From NCBI GenBank assembly GCA_963717985.1, contig CAVQYC010000005.1, positions 73,106 to 137,105 of the forward strand: a stretch of DNA of 64,000 nucleotides, in the 5' to 3' direction. A program made the translations under genes and the position numbers. The notes beneath the pieces were generated by a model. That model saw nothing but the letters and a program-made list of their open reading frames with translations, did no database searches and had not been told where the DNA came from. This DNA is from an uncultured delta proteobacterium (GTDB lineage Bacteria; Desulfobacterota; Syntrophorhabdia; Syntrophorhabdales; WCHB1-27). Shown here in pieces: positions 61,297 through 64,000 of the stretch. Each line of letters starts with the position of its first letter. Positions within the stretch are counted from its first letter, which is position 1.

Positions 61297-62223
61297 TTAC
61301 GCGGTCTCCTTCACTTCCGTGCTTTCAAGCGTCCCGGCCTCACGTTGTGTGCGGGAGCGTATGAGGGCTTCCGGGCTGACGATATGCTTCGGTATGCCGA
61401 GCGCCGCAGGCTTATACCCGTAAGCGAGCCCGAGCACCTGTGAGAAGTAGAGGACGGGTAAATTGAACGACGTGCCAAGGGCCGCATTTACCTGTCCCTG
61501 GCGCAGATCGAGGTTCTGCTGGCAGAGTGGACAGGCAACGGCAATGCAGTTGGCCCCCGCGTCCACGGCCATGGAGAGGACTTTTGCGGCCAGGCGCAGG
61601 ACAATCTCTTTCTTCGGCACGCCGAAGGCAGCCCCGCAGCATTCCAGCTTGAATGCGAAATCGACGACTTCCACGCCGGCTGCCGCCAGTATCCGGTCCA
61701 TGGAGACGGGGTTCTCCGGGTCATCGAAGCAGGCGAGCTTCGGGGGCCTGTTAAGAATGCATCCGTAGTAAGGGGCGATCCGTAAGTCCGGCAGCGACGT
61801 GGTAACATGCCGCGCAACCTCTTCGAGCCCGATATCCTCATAGATGATCTGGAGCATGGATTTGGCTGTTACTGTGCAGTTGTAAGGGGCGTCAAGGAGG
61901 CTGTTGACCTCGTCCGCGAAGACGCGATTCTTTGCCATCCTGTCATGGGCCTTCTTCAATGCGGTAAGACAGGAGGGGCAGGGGGTTACGAGGGTGGCTG
62001 CGCCCGTCCGCTCCACGATGGCGAGGTTCCTCGCTGCGAGGGCCGCAGCAAGGAGGTGGTCGATTGCGTGGGCCGGGGTGGAGCCGCAGCAGCTCCAATC
62101 CTGGGGTTCGACGAGGGTTGCGCCGAGGCGCTCCATCACGAGCCTGATCGAGGCGTCGTATGCGCTTGCCGTGCCTTCGAGCGAGCATCCCTGATAATAG
62201 ACGTATTCCTTCTTCCCTGCCAT
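61297..62223 (-). CDS. hdrB: heterodisulfide reductase subunit B-like (two CCG domains)
   Basis: WSCCGSTP, CPSCLTALK, ECCGAAFG, ACPLCQQNL. Confidence 0.85.
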   Translation of the reverse strand: MAGKKEYVYYQGCSLEGTASAYDASIRLVMERLGATLVEPQDWSCCGSTPAHAIDHLLAAALAARNLAIVERTGAATLVTPCPSCLTALKKAHDRMAKNRVFADEVNSLLDAPYNCTVTAKSMLQIIYEDIGLEEVARHVTTSLPDLRIAPYYGCILNRPPKLACFDDPENPVSMDRILAAAGVEVVDFAFKLECCGAAFGVPKKEIVLRLAAKVLSMAVDAGANCIAVACPLCQQNLDLRQGQVNAALGTSFNLPVLYFSQVLGLAYGYKPAALGIPKHIVSPEALIRSRTQREAGTLESTEVKETA

Positions 62224-62224
62224 G

Positions 62225-62782
62225 TTATCTGCTCCGTTCCGCGAACTTCCTGAAGATCCTTGCCACCTCGTCTTTGCCCTTTATGTTCCTGGGCATAAAA
62301 TGGATCAGCCCCTTAGCGAAGACTTTCGGCCCCAGATCCGCATCGGCCAGGATATGTCCTGAAGCGAGGTTGTAGCGCATGAGTATCCCCAGCTCGAAGA
62401 CCCTTCCATGGTTCTTGAGAGACGTAAGAAAGGCCTCATAGAAAGTCTTTATGTCCTTTTCGGTATATCTCTTTTCCCTGTAAGCCATGGCGCGCAGTGT
62501 ATCCATGATGTGGGCCACGTCTATCTCACAGGGGCACCTGGTGGTGCATGTCTCGCAGGTGGCGCAGAGCCAGAGCGCCTTTGACGCCATCACCGTCTCC
62601 CTCATGCCCGCCTGAATGAGCCGCATGATCTGGTTGACGGGATAGTCGAAGAACTCCGTGTACGGGCATCCGGCCGTGCAGTTGCCGCACTGGTAGCAAA
62701 GAAGCGGGTTTTCCCCGCTCTCCCTCCTGACCTCCTGGGCGAAATCTCTCCCAGAGCCGGCCGCCAGCTTGATTACATCCAT
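62225..62782 (-). CDS. hdrC: heterodisulfide reductase subunit C-like (2x[4Fe-4S])
   Basis: Start at ATG 62782 (MDVIKLAAGS). Motifs CYQCGNCTAGCP and CATCETCTTRCP. The longer track ORF would run through the promoter. Confidence 0.85.
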   Translation of the reverse strand: MDVIKLAAGSGRDFAQEVRRESGENPLLCYQCGNCTAGCPYTEFFDYPVNQIMRLIQAGMRETVMASKALWLCATCETCTTRCPCEIDVAHIMDTLRAMAYREKRYTEKDIKTFYEAFLTSLKNHGRVFELGILMRYNLASGHILADADLGPKVFAKGLIHFMPRNIKGKDEVARIFRKFAERSR

Positions 62783-62867
62783 AAAAGGACCCCCCCGAGC
62801 GCCTCTATGCGAGTTGCACCTTGATTTACCACGATACACGTGAACTGTGGTACAAGCAAGCGTGGCA

Positions 62868-62896
62868 ATTTTAGCATAGGGACGAGGTGTCGTCAA
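62868..62896 (-). promoter_or_regulatory. sigma-70-type promoter of the hdr-flx operon
   Basis: Minus strand reads TTGACG-N17-TAAAAT, about 85 nt upstream of ATG 62782. Confidence 0.5.
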
Positions 62897-62921
62897 GAGT
62901 AGTATACATATTATCTTTTAT

Positions 62922-62937
62922 TGTGCATATTTTCACA
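62922..62937. promoter_or_regulatory. CRP/FNR-family-type palindrome
   Basis: TGTGCatatttTCACA has one mismatch to TGTGA-N6-TCACA. It is centred about 30-35 nt upstream of the -35 box. Confidence 0.4.
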
Positions 62938-63103
62938 AGTTAAGGCAAGCAGAGCGCCGGTGTTTCCACCAACCGTCGGAAGCAGCCCCTTAATGATTTC
63001 CAACTCTTGCAAGTCTTACAGAAGGGGGCTTAAGAGTTTGCATGGAAGTTGACGGTTTCAGGGGGCCGGGTGCTCCAGGATGTTATGCGGACCGAAAGGA
63101 TGC

Positions 63104-63694
63104 CTAGGTGAACTGATGCCTGAATACCTCTTTCACATGTTGCAGGCGTTTTTCCAGTCTCTCTACGTCTTTTTGGCGGCCCAATCGGGTGGCCAACGTA
63201 ATGACATCATAAAAGGCCTCCTTTGCCCGGGAATAGCATCCGGTGGGAGACCTTGAGTCGTACATTTCGTCATAGGCGGCTTCCGCGAGAGCTTCCAATT
63301 CTTTCAGCCGCTGGTCGTCCGGTTGATCGCTCTCCGGAGTTTCGGGCGCTCCGGCGGTTTCCGTATCCCTCGACCCCGGACCCTCATTTTGATATTCCCG
63401 GAGGGCAGGCGCCTCAGCTCCGGAATGTTCAGCGTACTTACACTCCGGCAGATAGAACGTGGGGCCGCCCTTGTCATCATCCCACTCCACCAGGAGACGG
63501 CCGCAAGAGCTGCAGCGATAGACGGTAACCCCTTTCTTGAAAAAAAGGTCCGACAATTTGTCCTGATCGACCGGGTCCTCGACGGCGTCATAATCCGCAT
63601 CTTCTATCAACTGGTATATATGTGTCCCGGTGAACATATTGGTATGAACGAGGCCCCCGCATACACATCCGATCCACGATCCCATGCTTTTCAC
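63104..63694 (-). CDS. hypothetical protein (CxC...CxxC N-terminal half, acidic linker, helical C-terminus)
   Basis: 196-aa ORF. No family recognised. Confidence 0.5.
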   Translation of the reverse strand: MKSMGSWIGCVCGGLVHTNMFTGTHIYQLIEDADYDAVEDPVDQDKLSDLFFKKGVTVYRCSSCGRLLVEWDDDKGGPTFYLPECKYAEHSGAEAPALREYQNEGPGSRDTETAGAPETPESDQPDDQRLKELEALAEAAYDEMYDSRSPTGCYSRAKEAFYDVITLATRLGRQKDVERLEKRLQHVKEVFRHQFT

Positions 63695-63916
63695 CCCGCC
63701 TGATAATGATCGGGTTATCTTTAGCCCGATCCTCTCTTCCCGCCACGTCTGTCAGCATCGATACCACCATTCCGGAAGGGATGTCAAATGATTTTGGATC
63801 GCTACGGAATAGTATTGTCAAAGCCTATCGGATCGACATATAATTGCCCCGGAAGGGGGGACGATCGATCGGGAGAAAGCTTATACTGAGGCGGCAGACA
63901 GGGAAGGGATATGGTC

Positions 63917-64000
63917 ATGAATGATCTGGAAAAATATTTCACAGAAAACACAGGGGCACTGATTCACAAGTGGAAGCACTATTTTGAAATCTATGATCGA
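63917..64000 (+). CDS. 5' end of a probable class I SAM-dependent methyltransferase (runs off the window)
   Basis: MNDLEKYFTENTGALIHKWKHYFEIYDR. The HKW.HYFEIYDR start is familiar from CmcI/TylF-like methyltransferases. Confidence 0.45.
   Translation, partial: MNDLEKYFTENTGALIHKWKHYFEIYDR

Noticed and set aside
62783-62896. An N-terminal 38-codon extension of the HdrC ORF in the track.
   Set aside because: The extension covers the predicted -10/-35 boxes and has no similarity to HdrC. Internal ATG 62782 begins the conserved sequence.
1-64000. Search for CRISPR arrays, rRNA genes, riboswitch-like leaders (cobalamin upstream of the corrinoid genes, Moco upstream of the Mo genes) and large tandem repeats.
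   Set aside because: I saw no regularly spaced repeat arrays and no rRNA-like sequence. The relevant leaders (1227-1347, 42937-43048) are too short and lack recognisable conserved cores. This was an inspection by eye only, so short or degenerate elements could have been missed.

Overview
All calls come from reading the sequence and the ORF track by eye. No database search was run, so family names are motif-level recognitions. This is a 64-kb, gene-dense bacterial chromosomal segment. Its gene content (Hdr/Flx, corrinoid methyltransferases, many Fe-S proteins, a sigma-54 regulator) points to a strict anaerobe, perhaps Desulfobacterota or Syntrophia-like; the taxon is inference only.

Left to right, the window holds:
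- the 3' end of a molybdopterin oxidoreductase followed by a corrinoid protein and two MtaA-type methyltransferases;
- a sigma-54-controlled block on the minus strand (MaoC dehydratase, bEBP regulator, FAD oxidoreductase, ferredoxin, TRAP transporter);
- a 25.8-kb interval bracketed by two apparently identical, directly oriented IS630-family copies (13624-14743 and 40530-41649).

That interval carries a split PEP-utilising dikinase resembling phenylphosphate synthase, an intact tyrosine recombinase, a UPF0261 protein, MaoC and crotonase genes, a second IS630-type element, and a Liv-type ABC transporter. It also carries a NuoG/NuoE-fusion plus NuoF-like NADH module placed directly before the 2Fe-2S and FAD subunits of a xanthine-dehydrogenase-family enzyme, and a frameshifted PocR sensor kinase with a LuxR-type regulator.

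After the second IS copy come a Zn-dependent alcohol dehydrogenase, a ThiS/MoaD-like GG protein, the Mo large subunit, an IorA pseudogene and a LigM-like O-demethylase. Then follows a roughly 7-kb integrase/excisionase element abutting tRNA-Arg(ACG), with a NusG paralog, HD protein, membrane proteins and a ParM/RHH pair. The window ends with an hdrCBA-flxDCBA cluster.

The region contains many recombinase scars, pseudogenes and repeated intergenic segments. I saw no CRISPR array and no rRNA.

The most interesting candidates are the Nuo-like/XDH-family gene fusion of functions, which includes a eukaryote-style C2H2 zinc finger on the 2Fe-2S subunit, and the uncharacterised cargo of the tRNA-Arg element.
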